NCBI GenBank assembly: GCA_963740085.1
Contig: CAVUCU010000001.1
Location: 1,184,001-1,248,000, forward strand
Direction: 5' to 3'
Source: Nitrospirota bacterium
GTDB taxonomy: Bacteria; Nitrospirota; UBA9217
DNA length: 64,000 nucleotides
A program made the translations under genes and the position numbers. Below, one piece after another: positions 52,321-61,830 of the stretch. The notes beneath the pieces were generated by a model, which was not told where the DNA came from, ran no database searches, and was given only the letters and a program-made list of their open reading frames with translations. Within the stretch, counting starts at the first letter, position 1; each line of letters begins with the position of its first letter.

Positions 52321-54066
52321 ATGCAGGAAAAGGCAAAAGGCATCAATGAGGACTGGTTGGCATTATGGCTTGGATTGGCGATCTTTGTTCTTTCCTTATT
52401 CACGTTCAGCGGCACGGACATCCTTGGATGGGGGGTCAACACCTCGGTATGGATGGATCCCGGCAAGGCAATGTCCCCCATATCAAAGACGTACCAGACG
52501 GTTAAGGGTGAGATCACCAAGATCGACGGGCAGAAGCTGACCCTCAAGAAAGCGGATGGCAAGGAAGAGACCGTTACCGTCAAAGAGGATACAGCGGCGC
52601 TCACGGTCGGAAGCACCTATGAGAAGAAGGGATTGTCAGGCGCTACCTCGCTCTTTCTGACCTACCTTGCCATGCTCGTCGTCATGTGCATCGGCGCAGT
52701 GCTTCTCAAGGCCGATGTCGTGAAGTTTGCCATCGGGTTCACGTTCGTCTTCTGGATCAGCTACCTGTGCTGGTTCACCGGGCATTTCGCGTATATAGCC
52801 GCCACCAAGGACAAGCTGGGTGCATTTAAGATCCCCTGGGCCTTGAGCCTGACCGGAGAATCCGGGTTCATCGTAGCGCTCATCGCCGGCCTTGTGGTGG
52901 GAAACTTCTTCCCCAAATTTTCCGGCACATTGAAAGAAGCGTCGCGGCCTGAACTGTATATCAAGACCGCAATCGTCATCATGGGCGCCGGCCTGGGCCT
53001 CAAGGCCGCGGAGTCTTTCACCCTTGCGACCAATATCATGTTCCGGGGAATGTGCGCCATCGTTGAAGCCTACCTCATCTACTGGGCCGTCGTATACTAC
53101 CTGGCCCGTAAATATTTCAAGTTCAGTCGTGAATGGGCCGCTCCCCTTGCTTCGGGCATCTCCATCTGCGGTGTCTCGGCGGCGATTGCAACGGGCGGTG
53201 CCATCCGGGCGCGTCCCATTGTGCCCATCATGGTGTCGTCGCTCGTTGTGATCTTTGCGGTGGTCGAGATGCTGATCCTTCCCTTTGCGGCCCAGATCTT
53301 TCTCTGGAAGGAACCGCTGGTTGCCGGCGCCTGGATGGGTCTGGCGGTCAAGACCGACGGCGGCGCTGTGGCTTCCGGCGCCATCACCGACGCCCTCCTC
53401 CGGGCAAAAGCACTTGAAGCGTCAGGCGTCAATTATGAGGCTGGCTGGATAACCATGACCGCCACAACCGTAAAGATGTTCATCGACATCTTTATCGGGG
53501 TCTGGGCCTTCATCCTCGCTTACATCTGGTGCGCCAAGATAGAATGCAAACCCGGAGAAAAGGTCCGGGCTGTGGAAATTTGGTATCGCTTCCCCAAGTT
53601 CGTGATCGGCTACGCGCTTACGTTCTTTATCCTGCTCATCCTTTGCTGGCCCGCCACAACGGCGATCACTCCGGTGGATAAGGAGATCAAGACCGTTCAG
53701 CAGGAGATCACGGCAACGGAAAAGAAGCTTGCCACAGCGGCGCCTTCTGACCAGGCTGCACTGCAGGCAACAATCGGGACAGCCAAGGACAAGATTAAAA
53801 GCCTGAACGACTCGATCAAGGGGCCGAAAGCGACCATCGCGGCGGCAAAAACGTCGACCAGCTCAGGCAATATCTTCCGGGTGCTGTTCTTCGTCTTTAC
53901 CTTCTTCACCATCGGCGTTGTATCCAACTTTAAGAAGCTCATGGAGGAAGGCATCGGTAAATTGATGGTCGTGTATGTCGTCGCTCTGTTCGGGTTCATC
54001 ATCTGGATCGGGCTGTTCATTTCGTGGCTCTTCTTCCACGGGGTGACACCGCCGCTGGCAGGATAA
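52321..54066 (+). CDS. Putative sulfate exporter family (YeiH-like) transporter
   Basis: NEDW, E.YIKTAIV, GISICGVSAAIA, FPKFVIG; multi-TM; upstream in-frame start 52282 possible. Confidence 0.9.
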   Translation: MQEKAKGINEDWLALWLGLAIFVLSLFTFSGTDILGWGVNTSVWMDPGKAMSPISKTYQTVKGEITKIDGQKLTLKKADGKEETVTVKEDTAALTVGSTYEKKGLSGATSLFLTYLAMLVVMCIGAVLLKADVVKFAIGFTFVFWISYLCWFTGHFAYIAATKDKLGAFKIPWALSLTGESGFIVALIAGLVVGNFFPKFSGTLKEASRPELYIKTAIVIMGAGLGLKAAESFTLATNIMFRGMCAIVEAYLIYWAVVYYLARKYFKFSREWAAPLASGISICGVSAAIATGGAIRARPIVPIMVSSLVVIFAVVEMLILPFAAQIFLWKEPLVAGAWMGLAVKTDGGAVASGAITDALLRAKALEASGVNYEAGWITMTATTVKMFIDIFIGVWAFILAYIWCAKIECKPGEKVRAVEIWYRFPKFVIGYALTFFILLILCWPATTAITPVDKEIKTVQQEITATEKKLATAAPSDQAALQATIGTAKDKIKSLNDSIKGPKATIAAAKTSTSSGNIFRVLFFVFTFFTIGVVSNFKKLMEEGIGKLMVVYVVALFGFIIWIGLFISWLFFHGVTPPLAG

Positions 54067-54094
54067 ATCATATCGCGCATAGGGGGTATTGACC

Positions 54095-54256
54095 ATGGCA
54101 GACAATCCAAAATTGTCAGAGGAATTAAAAAAGATGGAGTATGAACCGCTCCTGCCGGTCGAGCTGACGCTCATCCGGTGGAGCATCGGCATTGGAGTGG
54201 TGTCGCTCGTGGTCCTGTACTGGGTGAGCATTACGTTCTTCCCGGGCGGCCATTAG
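54095..54256 (+). CDS. Small single-TM protein following the YeiH-like transporter (53 aa, below the ORF track cutoff)
   Basis: MADNPKLSEELKKMEYEPLLPVELTLIRWSIGIGVVSLVVLYWVSITFFPGGH; AGGGGG RBS; GC hairpin with T-run follows. Confidence 0.8.
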   Translation: MADNPKLSEELKKMEYEPLLPVELTLIRWSIGIGVVSLVVLYWVSITFFPGGH

Positions 54257-54344
54257 GGGAAAGTCGAGCGGGGCGGCGGGCCAGTGCCTGCCGCCCTTTT
54301 TTAACGGAGCGGAGCCACGTCCGAAGCCGCGAAGGGCCGAAACC

Positions 54345-54608
54345 ATGCATCTTGATGAATATGAGATATCCCTCTTTCGTGAAGTAGGTGTCTGTAAAAG
54401 CCATGTACGAAAATATCAGCGCCTGCTGGACAGAATGGAGGTACGCTACGGCATGACGACGGCCTCGTTCAAGGATCAGTACGGAAGCGCGCCCTGCTCA
54501 ACGGACAACCAGGACTTTGCCGCATGGTTCGCGGCATGCGAAGCGATCGGTATATGGGAAGCGCGGCAGCGCGACTATGAGAATGCGTATCGCCTCATGA
54601 AGATCTAG
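54345..54608 (+). CDS. Hypothetical protein (87 aa)
   Basis: Helical ORF with E.RYGMTT..F and DF..W pattern; plausible RBS. Confidence 0.65.
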   Translation: MHLDEYEISLFREVGVCKSHVRKYQRLLDRMEVRYGMTTASFKDQYGSAPCSTDNQDFAAWFAACEAIGIWEARQRDYENAYRLMKI

Positions 54609-54758
54609 CAGCGCATCGTTCATGGCTTGTATCCGGCTATCCGGAACGTCTGCAGCCTTTCCGTCCTTTACCGCCCTGCCTTTAATCAGCCCTTTACCTC
54701 TCCATACATTCTGATATACTGTCCGTGATCCGTCACAACCCAAGGAAAGGAATGCCCC

Positions 54759-56333
54759 ATGGACCTCGGCTCATACGGCTCTCTTTCGTTCGACCTTTCA
54801 TTCCTTTCTGCACTCTTCAGCATCGTCATCATCGACCTTATTCTCGCAGGCGACAACGCCGTGGTGATCGCCATGGCGGTACGCTCGCTTCCGAACGAAC
54901 GGCGAAAAAAAGGCATCCTCTTCGGGGCAGGCGCGGCAGTTCTGCTCCGGGTCGTTCTGACCTTCTTTGTGGCCCAGCTTCTGAATGTCAGTTATGTGAA
55001 GTTCGTCGGTGGCCTGCTGATTCTCTGGATCGCGGTAAAGCTCTTTGTCGAGGGCACGCCCGAGGACGGCCAGGAAAGACCCTCGGCCACCATCTGGCAG
55101 GCGATCAAGATCATCGTGATCGCCGACATCACTATGTCGCTCGACAATATGCTGGCTGTGGGCGGGGCGTCTCACGGCAACGTATTTCTTCTGCTCTTCG
55201 GCCTCGGGCTCTCCATCCCCTTCATCGTTTTTACGAGCAACCTGCTTTCCACGCTTATGGACAAATACCCTGTTATAATTTATATCGGCGCCGCAGTCCT
55301 CGGCAAGGTGGGTGGCGAGATGATGATTTCCGACCCCTTCTCGGTCAGGCTTCTGCCTGATTCGCTGTTGACGCCTGACCGACTCCACCCGCTTCCGTTG
55401 TTGCAATATTCCGTGGAGGCCTTTTTTGCCGCCGGGGTGATCCTCGCGGGCAAGCTCTGGATGCGCCTGATGGTCCGAACAGAAAAGGAGGTCGCCGTGA
55501 GCATGATGCCGACAGGGGGAGAATCACTGAACCTGAAGGCGGTCCTGACCATCTCGAGGGAGTTCGGGAGCGGCGGCAGGGAGATCGGCCTGGCGGTTGC
55601 CCGGGAACTGGGCTACGAATATGTGGACCGGGAGTCCATCCTTGCCGACATCCGGAAGGATGGCCCGAAATGGGAGCAGTGGGCCGAAAATCTGAACGAA
55701 CATTGTCCCACGGTATGGGAAAAGTACGACTGGTCCTTCCGGGGTTTCGCAGCCCTCGTACAGTGGCATATTCTTGAACATGCAGAGCGCGGCGGCGTGG
55801 TTATCGTGGGACGGGGAGGGAACTTCCTGCTCAAAGGCATTCCTCATGCTTACCGGATCCGCGTGACCGCGCCGATGGAAGTTCGGATCGAGAGGACCAT
55901 GAAACGGGACAGTGTAGATCAGGACACGGCGCGCTGGCTCTGCGAGAAAACGGACAGCGAGCGGGCCTGTTTTCTCCATGCGATCTACGGCGGCCGATGG
56001 GACGATCCCGGGGAATACGACCGGGTCCTCTCTGTGACAAGCCAGTCTGTGAACCTCGAGGTGAAAGTGGTCATCAAGGCCCTTTTGCAGCGCACCGTTA
56101 CCGATGAAGCACGAAAGACCCTCCATCTTCGGACAGCCGCAGCAAGGATCAGGGCCGGGATCGCCACGAACCCTCACTTTTTCATTCCTGTTTTCGACGT
56201 TCTTCCTGATGGCGAAGGCCTTATCCTCCGGGGCATCACCCACACACCCAAGGAGCACAAGCGCATCGAGGATGAGGCAAAGCGGATCGCCGGAGATCTC
56301 CCGGTGAGGTGCGAACTGCGTTACCGGAAATAA
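54759..56333 (+). CDS. TerC/YjbE-family membrane protein fused to a cytidylate-kinase-like domain
   Basis: IDLILAGDNAVVIA and ADITMSLDNMLA; then TISREFGSGG, VIVGRGG, D.ER..F, and a BON-like tail. Confidence 0.88.
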   Translation: MDLGSYGSLSFDLSFLSALFSIVIIDLILAGDNAVVIAMAVRSLPNERRKKGILFGAGAAVLLRVVLTFFVAQLLNVSYVKFVGGLLILWIAVKLFVEGTPEDGQERPSATIWQAIKIIVIADITMSLDNMLAVGGASHGNVFLLLFGLGLSIPFIVFTSNLLSTLMDKYPVIIYIGAAVLGKVGGEMMISDPFSVRLLPDSLLTPDRLHPLPLLQYSVEAFFAAGVILAGKLWMRLMVRTEKEVAVSMMPTGGESLNLKAVLTISREFGSGGREIGLAVARELGYEYVDRESILADIRKDGPKWEQWAENLNEHCPTVWEKYDWSFRGFAALVQWHILEHAERGGVVIVGRGGNFLLKGIPHAYRIRVTAPMEVRIERTMKRDSVDQDTARWLCEKTDSERACFLHAIYGGRWDDPGEYDRVLSVTSQSVNLEVKVVIKALLQRTVTDEARKTLHLRTAAARIRAGIATNPHFFIPVFDVLPDGEGLILRGITHTPKEHKRIEDEAKRIAGDLPVRCELRYRK

Positions 56334-56336
56334 TCA

Positions 56337-57482
56337 CTATACACCGAGCATCTTGTGACAAATACGGCAAGACGCAGGGGGGTCTGGATAGGATGCAACA
56401 GTTTCCCCCTCCTGTTCGCTTCCGAACAACCATAGGGGGGAAAACAGCCGAGGAGATCGCCGTGCTCTCTGGATAAGAGGTTCCCGGAACAATGAATACT
56501 CCACCCCATTCCATATCCTGTTTAAGGGTTCCTGAAAAATATTCCCGAAATTCATCTGCTCGGACCCATACTCATGTCCACAATGGATTTTGGTAAACCG
56601 GGGTGAGGTCGGTGGATGCAGATAGACACACGGTGATACCTCGCCGTTTGCCGAAATATAAAGATTCTTCAGAGGATTTTCTTCACATACTGCCACCGGG
56701 GATGGGGAAAGGGCCGAGAGTCTCAGGTGGACGCCCTTACTCCGCGCCTCCTCATCGGCAATGTGCAGGACCTCCAGCGCGTCATTACGCTCTTCGCACG
56801 TAAAGATCCTCTGCTCATCCTGCCAGGAATTCGTCACTTGGATCAGATTCGTCAGGAAGATCTCCTGGATGCCGATATCGCGGGCGAGTCCGGGAAGTGC
56901 GGGAATATCATTGAGATTGTCCCTGAGCATCACATAGACGATATGCGTTCGCAGTCCAGCCAATCCCCTCTTCTGCTTGAGTTCATTGAACGCGGCTACC
57001 GCGTGAATGAGTTCTCGAAAGTCCGAGTTGAGCCGGATTGCTTCGTGAGTTTTCGCTGTACTGCCCGCAAAGGAAAACCCGAGAAAATCGATCCCGGCAT
57101 CCATAAGCTCGGCGCTCAGGCGATCATTCAATCCCTTTCCGCTGGTGACAAAACCAACGGCAGCCGATTCAGCTCCGGCATGGCGGGAAGGATTGCTGCT
57201 ATTTTTCGTCGGAGATTTCGCAGCCCGAATAATTGCGCCGATATCTTTATGGAGCAACGGCTCACCCCAGCCCTGCAGGATGATCGTCTCCACGTCATGA
57301 AAATAAGGAACAAGCTTTTCAAAATCGCAGAGTTGCATATCTTCGGCTACCCAATCGGACCGGCCATGCCTGATGCACATGCGGCAGTTGAGCGGGCAGC
57401 GCGTGGTGATCTCGATCTGCCATGCAAAGAATTTTTTGTGAAGGCGCCGGGGGAACAGCTTTGTAAACAATCCGTGGCTCAT
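56337..57482 (-). CDS. Radical SAM protein with SPASM domain
   Basis: CPLNCRMC, GWGEPLLH, C..P...YI...G.VSPC, FGNI, CRIC. Confidence 0.92.
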   Translation of the reverse strand: MSHGLFTKLFPRRLHKKFFAWQIEITTRCPLNCRMCIRHGRSDWVAEDMQLCDFEKLVPYFHDVETIILQGWGEPLLHKDIGAIIRAAKSPTKNSSNPSRHAGAESAAVGFVTSGKGLNDRLSAELMDAGIDFLGFSFAGSTAKTHEAIRLNSDFRELIHAVAAFNELKQKRGLAGLRTHIVYVMLRDNLNDIPALPGLARDIGIQEIFLTNLIQVTNSWQDEQRIFTCEERNDALEVLHIADEEARSKGVHLRLSALSPSPVAVCEENPLKNLYISANGEVSPCVYLHPPTSPRFTKIHCGHEYGSEQMNFGNIFQEPLNRIWNGVEYSLFREPLIQRARRSPRLFSPLWLFGSEQEGETVASYPDPPASCRICHKMLGV

Positions 57483-57616
57483 ATGTTTTTACAGGATAAG
57501 ACGAACACTGTCCCACGATATCGTGAGCAGCGAGTAAGGAGAAAAAACGGCTCTTGATACATTATAACAAAAAGCAGGAACAGATTGATTCGCGAGCTAA
57601 CCTTGATACTATTGCC

Positions 57617-57644
57617 TTGACTTAATAAATCCGTCTGATATGAT
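57617..57644 (+). promoter_or_regulatory. sigma70-type promoter
   Basis: TTGACT-N16-TATGAT with extended TG. Confidence 0.5.
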
Positions 57645-57657
57645 TTAATCTTCAACC

Positions 57658-60582
57658 ATGATAACTCCTTATTCGGAGGCTGTCTTGAAAAAAATTCTCT
57701 TATTGTGCTCCATTCTTATACTTCACGCCTCTTTTGCATCTGCCAAATTCGACCCCGCCTTTACCTGGACCACGCTCCGGACGCCGCACTTTTATATCCA
57801 CTATCACCAGGGCGAAGAGGAGATCGCGAAGCGTACCGCGGTCATCGCAGAGGACGTGCACGTTCGACTGGTTCCGCGCATCAAGTGGGAGCCGAAGGGA
57901 CGGACGCACCTCGTCCTTGTCGATGCTGAAGACGCCACGAACGGCCTGACCACTCCGTTTCCCTACAATCATATTACGCTTTACCTCACGCAGCCCGTGG
58001 GCGCTCCAGGCTTCGGAACAACGGCCTACGACGACTGGATGAGAACGCTCATCACGCACGAGTATACCCACATTCTGCACCTCGACATGGTCCACGGTTC
58101 GACCGAGGTGCTCCAGGATGTCCTTGGCAGGCTCTATTTCCCAAACCTCTTTGAGCCCATCTGGATGATCGAGGGCCTGGCCACGTACGAAGAGACTGAG
58201 CAGACCTCGGGAGGACGCGGCATTTCGCCTGGCTCCGAGATGGTGATTCGAATGGCCGTGCTCGAGGACAAGTTTCCGCGCCTCTCCCAGGCAGCTGTAT
58301 TCCCCGACTTCTGGCCCTCGGGTCAGGTCCCGTACCTCTTCGGCGAAGGGTTTACTCGTTTTATTGTCGAAAGATACGGCAGGGAAAAGCTTGCCGATAT
58401 TTATCTCAGTTACAGCAGGTTCGGCATTCCCTGGCTCGTGGATGCGAATGGCCGATGGACTCTGGGTCAATGGTACAGCGACCTCTGGGATGAATGGCAA
58501 AAGGAGCTAAAAACACGATACGAAAAAAAACGGGATGAGTTGAGCGCAAAAGGCCTGACAGCCTCACTTGCCTTGACCCGGCGAGGGTACGTAAATGACG
58601 CTCCTGTCTTCTCGCCTGATGGGAAAAGCATAGCTTACGCTGTTTCAAATGAGGATGAATTCCCCGCTATCTATATCATGAACGCGGACGGGACCGGAGA
58701 CCGCAAACTGATAGAGAACACAACCTCCTCGACATCCTCGGGCGAAAGCATCGCCTGGAGCCCCGATGGCAGCGGTATTTACTATACAAAGATCGATGTC
58801 ATCAGGAACACGGACGTTTATAATGACATCTATTTTTATGATATAAGTGCGAACAAGGAAGTGCGGATTACGAACGGACTCCGCGCCCGCGACCCCTATC
58901 CTTCGCCGGACAATAAGAAGCTCATCTTTGTTACGAACAAGCTCGGCAGGAACCGTCTCGCTTCGATCAATTTTGCCGCCACCAGGGGCCATGCAGTCAG
59001 GGAGTCCGATATCACCTGGCTTTCCGCCGAGACCGCGGACCAGTACGAAACGCCGCGATACAGTCCGGACGGGACCCTGATCGTCTTGGGTGTATGGCAG
59101 CCGGGCGGCTACAAAGATATCTGGGTCCTCGACGATCGGGGAAACAAGATCGCAGAACTGATGCACGATCGCGCGATTGACGGAAACGCAACATGGAGTC
59201 CTGATGGAAAGATCATCTACTTTTCCTCCGACCGTACGGGAATCTTCAACCTCTACGCCTTCGACCGCACAACAAAGAAGATCTACCAGATAACCAGCGT
59301 GCTCGGGGGCGCATTCACGCCTGCACCCTCTCCCGACGGGAAAACGCTTGTTTTTTCATCATACAGCTCCGCAGGATACGACATTCATATGAGGCCGGCG
59401 GACCTCGACTCATGGAAACCGGCAGAGGCATACAAGGATCCGCGCCCTGTCGTCACCTATGCCGAGAAGCCGGTTGAGATGCAAACGAAGGCATACAATC
59501 CCCTCCCCACGCTCGTCCCGCGTTTCTGGATCCCCTGGTATGGGTATAGTGAGGAAAGCCGCGACCTTTTCGGATTTCTGACGTTCGGCCAGGACGCGGT
59601 TGAGCGCCACTCCTATTCGTTGACCGGTCTTTACAGTCCCAAGACGTACCGCAAGTGGTACGCGTTCGACTATGCCTATGACGGGTTGTACCCGACCATC
59701 CAGGTCGCGGCATCGGACGTGGATGGGACGTTCAGCGACCTGCTGATTGATACGACCAGGTCAAAGGATTATGTGCAGCGTGAGAAGACTCTTGATGCAT
59801 CGCTCGTGTTTCCCCTGCTCAAATTTCAGAAACAGCACGCCCTGGTCATCGGGTACCGGAGGAAAGAAATTTCAGCGCTTACCCAGCTCCCGCCCTGGCC
59901 CGGCTATAACGGTCCCGTTCCCTCCGAGGGTTCTCTGATATCGGGCCGCGCCGCTTATATCTTCAACAATGCGAAGCAATATGGCTTTTCCATCAGCCCG
60001 GAGAACGGCCGGACCGTCGAAGTGGGGTACAAACGCTACGATAAATCGATCGGCAGCGATTTCAATATCACCAAATATACTGCTGACTGGCATGAGTATA
60101 TCGACTTTCCGTGGAAGCACCACGTGCTCCTGGCCCGAGCCTTTGCCGGGAACTCGGCCGGCGATGTAATGCCCCAGGGCGCATTCCAGGTAGGGGGCGA
60201 TAATCCCGGCGACACGTTACTACAGGTTGATGACGAGTCGGTCTATTTGCGCGGCTACCGGATCAATGAATTTCGCGGCAGAAAGGCAGGCCTCGCGAGT
60301 CTCGAGTACCGTTTCCCGATCAAGGACATCGAATTGGGCTGGAGCAGCACTCCCGTATTTTTACGACGCGTCCACGGTGCAGTCTTTGCCGAAGCCGGCA
60401 ATGCCTGGGATAACGCATTCCGCAGCAGGGAATTCAAACGGTCTGCCGGCGCTGAGGTCCGGCTCGACACAAGCCTAGTTTACAGTCTCCCCATCACGTT
60501 CCGAATTGTGTTTGCGCACGGCTTTGACGAAAAAGGTGAGTCGCAGGTCTATGTATCGCTCTGGATGCCGGCGTTGTTTTAG
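57658..60582 (+). CDS. Outer-membrane protein: gluzincin-like peptidase + TolB/PD40 propeller + Omp85-like beta-barrel
   Basis: Signal peptide; THEYTH and WMIEGLA; repeated SPDG; LRGY, SLEYRFP, F.EAGNAW, terminal F; TTG at 57685 with GGAGG RBS may be the true start. Confidence 0.85.
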   Translation: MITPYSEAVLKKILLLCSILILHASFASAKFDPAFTWTTLRTPHFYIHYHQGEEEIAKRTAVIAEDVHVRLVPRIKWEPKGRTHLVLVDAEDATNGLTTPFPYNHITLYLTQPVGAPGFGTTAYDDWMRTLITHEYTHILHLDMVHGSTEVLQDVLGRLYFPNLFEPIWMIEGLATYEETEQTSGGRGISPGSEMVIRMAVLEDKFPRLSQAAVFPDFWPSGQVPYLFGEGFTRFIVERYGREKLADIYLSYSRFGIPWLVDANGRWTLGQWYSDLWDEWQKELKTRYEKKRDELSAKGLTASLALTRRGYVNDAPVFSPDGKSIAYAVSNEDEFPAIYIMNADGTGDRKLIENTTSSTSSGESIAWSPDGSGIYYTKIDVIRNTDVYNDIYFYDISANKEVRITNGLRARDPYPSPDNKKLIFVTNKLGRNRLASINFAATRGHAVRESDITWLSAETADQYETPRYSPDGTLIVLGVWQPGGYKDIWVLDDRGNKIAELMHDRAIDGNATWSPDGKIIYFSSDRTGIFNLYAFDRTTKKIYQITSVLGGAFTPAPSPDGKTLVFSSYSSAGYDIHMRPADLDSWKPAEAYKDPRPVVTYAEKPVEMQTKAYNPLPTLVPRFWIPWYGYSEESRDLFGFLTFGQDAVERHSYSLTGLYSPKTYRKWYAFDYAYDGLYPTIQVAASDVDGTFSDLLIDTTRSKDYVQREKTLDASLVFPLLKFQKQHALVIGYRRKEISALTQLPPWPGYNGPVPSEGSLISGRAAYIFNNAKQYGFSISPENGRTVEVGYKRYDKSIGSDFNITKYTADWHEYIDFPWKHHVLLARAFAGNSAGDVMPQGAFQVGGDNPGDTLLQVDDESVYLRGYRINEFRGRKAGLASLEYRFPIKDIELGWSSTPVFLRRVHGAVFAEAGNAWDNAFRSREFKRSAGAEVRLDTSLVYSLPITFRIVFAHGFDEKGESQVYVSLWMPALF

Positions 60583-60657
60583 ATTGAATCGGTTCTTGCG
60601 GCAAGTCGGTAATGTATCTGCTCTTGATGGAAGGTTTTAAGATAAAGGAGGTGCTTC

Positions 60658-61548
60658 ATGATACTGGTCACGGGCGGTACAGGATTCGTCGGCAGTAATC
60701 TGATCAAGCGCCTGCGTCAGGAGGGCATTCCCGTGCGGGCGATCGTCAGGGATCCTAGCAAGGCCCAGGCGCTCAGAGACCTCGGAGTTGATGTCATCAG
60801 GGGTGATATATCGGACCCAGGCTCGCTCGAGAAAGCGACGATCGGCATTGAGCGCATCATCCATCTCGTGGGCATCATCCAGGAGGCGACGGGAGCGACC
60901 TTCCATGGTGTGCATGTTGACGGCACGCGGAACCTTCTGGCTGCGGCGAGAAAGAACAGTGTGCGCCACTTCTTTTACCAGAGCGCCCTCGGCACGCGGC
61001 CCAACGCCAGTAGCGGGTATCACAAGACCAAGTGGGCGGCAGAGGAACTCGTACGCGCCAGCGGAATCTCCTATACCATCCTGCGACCCTCTCTCATCTA
61101 CGGTGCCGGCGATCAGTTCACCATCAGGCTGTCGGAGATGATCCGGCTGTCGCCCCTTGTGCCCGTCATCGGTTCTGGCAGATCGAAGGTACAGCCGATC
61201 TATATCGACGATGTTGTGATGTGCATACTGAAGGCCGTGACGAGTGATTGTTGCTTGAACGAGATATACGAGATCGGAGGGCCGGATCAGCTATCTTACG
61301 AAGAAGTCACCGTTGCGATCGCCGACGCCATGGGTGTGAAGCGGCCTACGGTCCACCTGCCGCTCTTCTTCATGAAGTCCATGGCGACGATATCCGAAGC
61401 CGTACTGCCCAAAGCCCCGGTGACCATGGACCAGCTCATCATGCTGCAGGAAGACACCGTATGCAACATGCGCGACATCCGCGATGCCTTCGGCGTCGAA
61501 CCCATCGGGTTTCGGGAGGGGCTGAAAAAGTTCATTCGTCCCGCATAA
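60658..61548 (+). CDS. NAD-dependent epimerase/dehydratase, NDUFA9-like
   Basis: VTGGTGFVG, SALG, YHKTK, ILRPSLIYG, QPIYIDD. Confidence 0.92.
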   Translation: MILVTGGTGFVGSNLIKRLRQEGIPVRAIVRDPSKAQALRDLGVDVIRGDISDPGSLEKATIGIERIIHLVGIIQEATGATFHGVHVDGTRNLLAAARKNSVRHFFYQSALGTRPNASSGYHKTKWAAEELVRASGISYTILRPSLIYGAGDQFTIRLSEMIRLSPLVPVIGSGRSKVQPIYIDDVVMCILKAVTSDCCLNEIYEIGGPDQLSYEEVTVAIADAMGVKRPTVHLPLFFMKSMATISEAVLPKAPVTMDQLIMLQEDTVCNMRDIRDAFGVEPIGFREGLKKFIRPA

Positions 61549-61780
61549 CACTCAAAATATAAAACAGTATCTCACTCCGATATTTATCCGGCCTTAAGAA
61601 TATCCAAAGGGACTGTGAAATAATAGCGGCATGATTTTGATACGGCAAGAAGGCATCCGGCTCTCTATCTTAGACCGGAAAGCACAAAGGCGGATTTCAA
61701 CCGGTAATTGTGGGAGAAGTCATAAGAGGCCGTGCTTCCCGGGTTGATCATTGACGGAAAGCTCGCACTTGCATATACCC

Positions 61781-61815
61781 AAAAACGGCATGCCCCCGGT
61801 CCTGCCGGGGGCATG
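61781..61815 (-). terminator. Rho-independent terminator after the Big_2 lipoprotein gene
   Basis: catgcccccgg / ccgggggcatg stem; T-run on the minus strand. Confidence 0.7.
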
Positions 61816-61830
61816 TATGAAAAGTGCAGG

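Noticed and set aside
56337-57482. RiPP cluster around the radical SAM/SPASM gene
   Set aside because: No precursor peptide, PqqD/RRE domain or transporter adjacent
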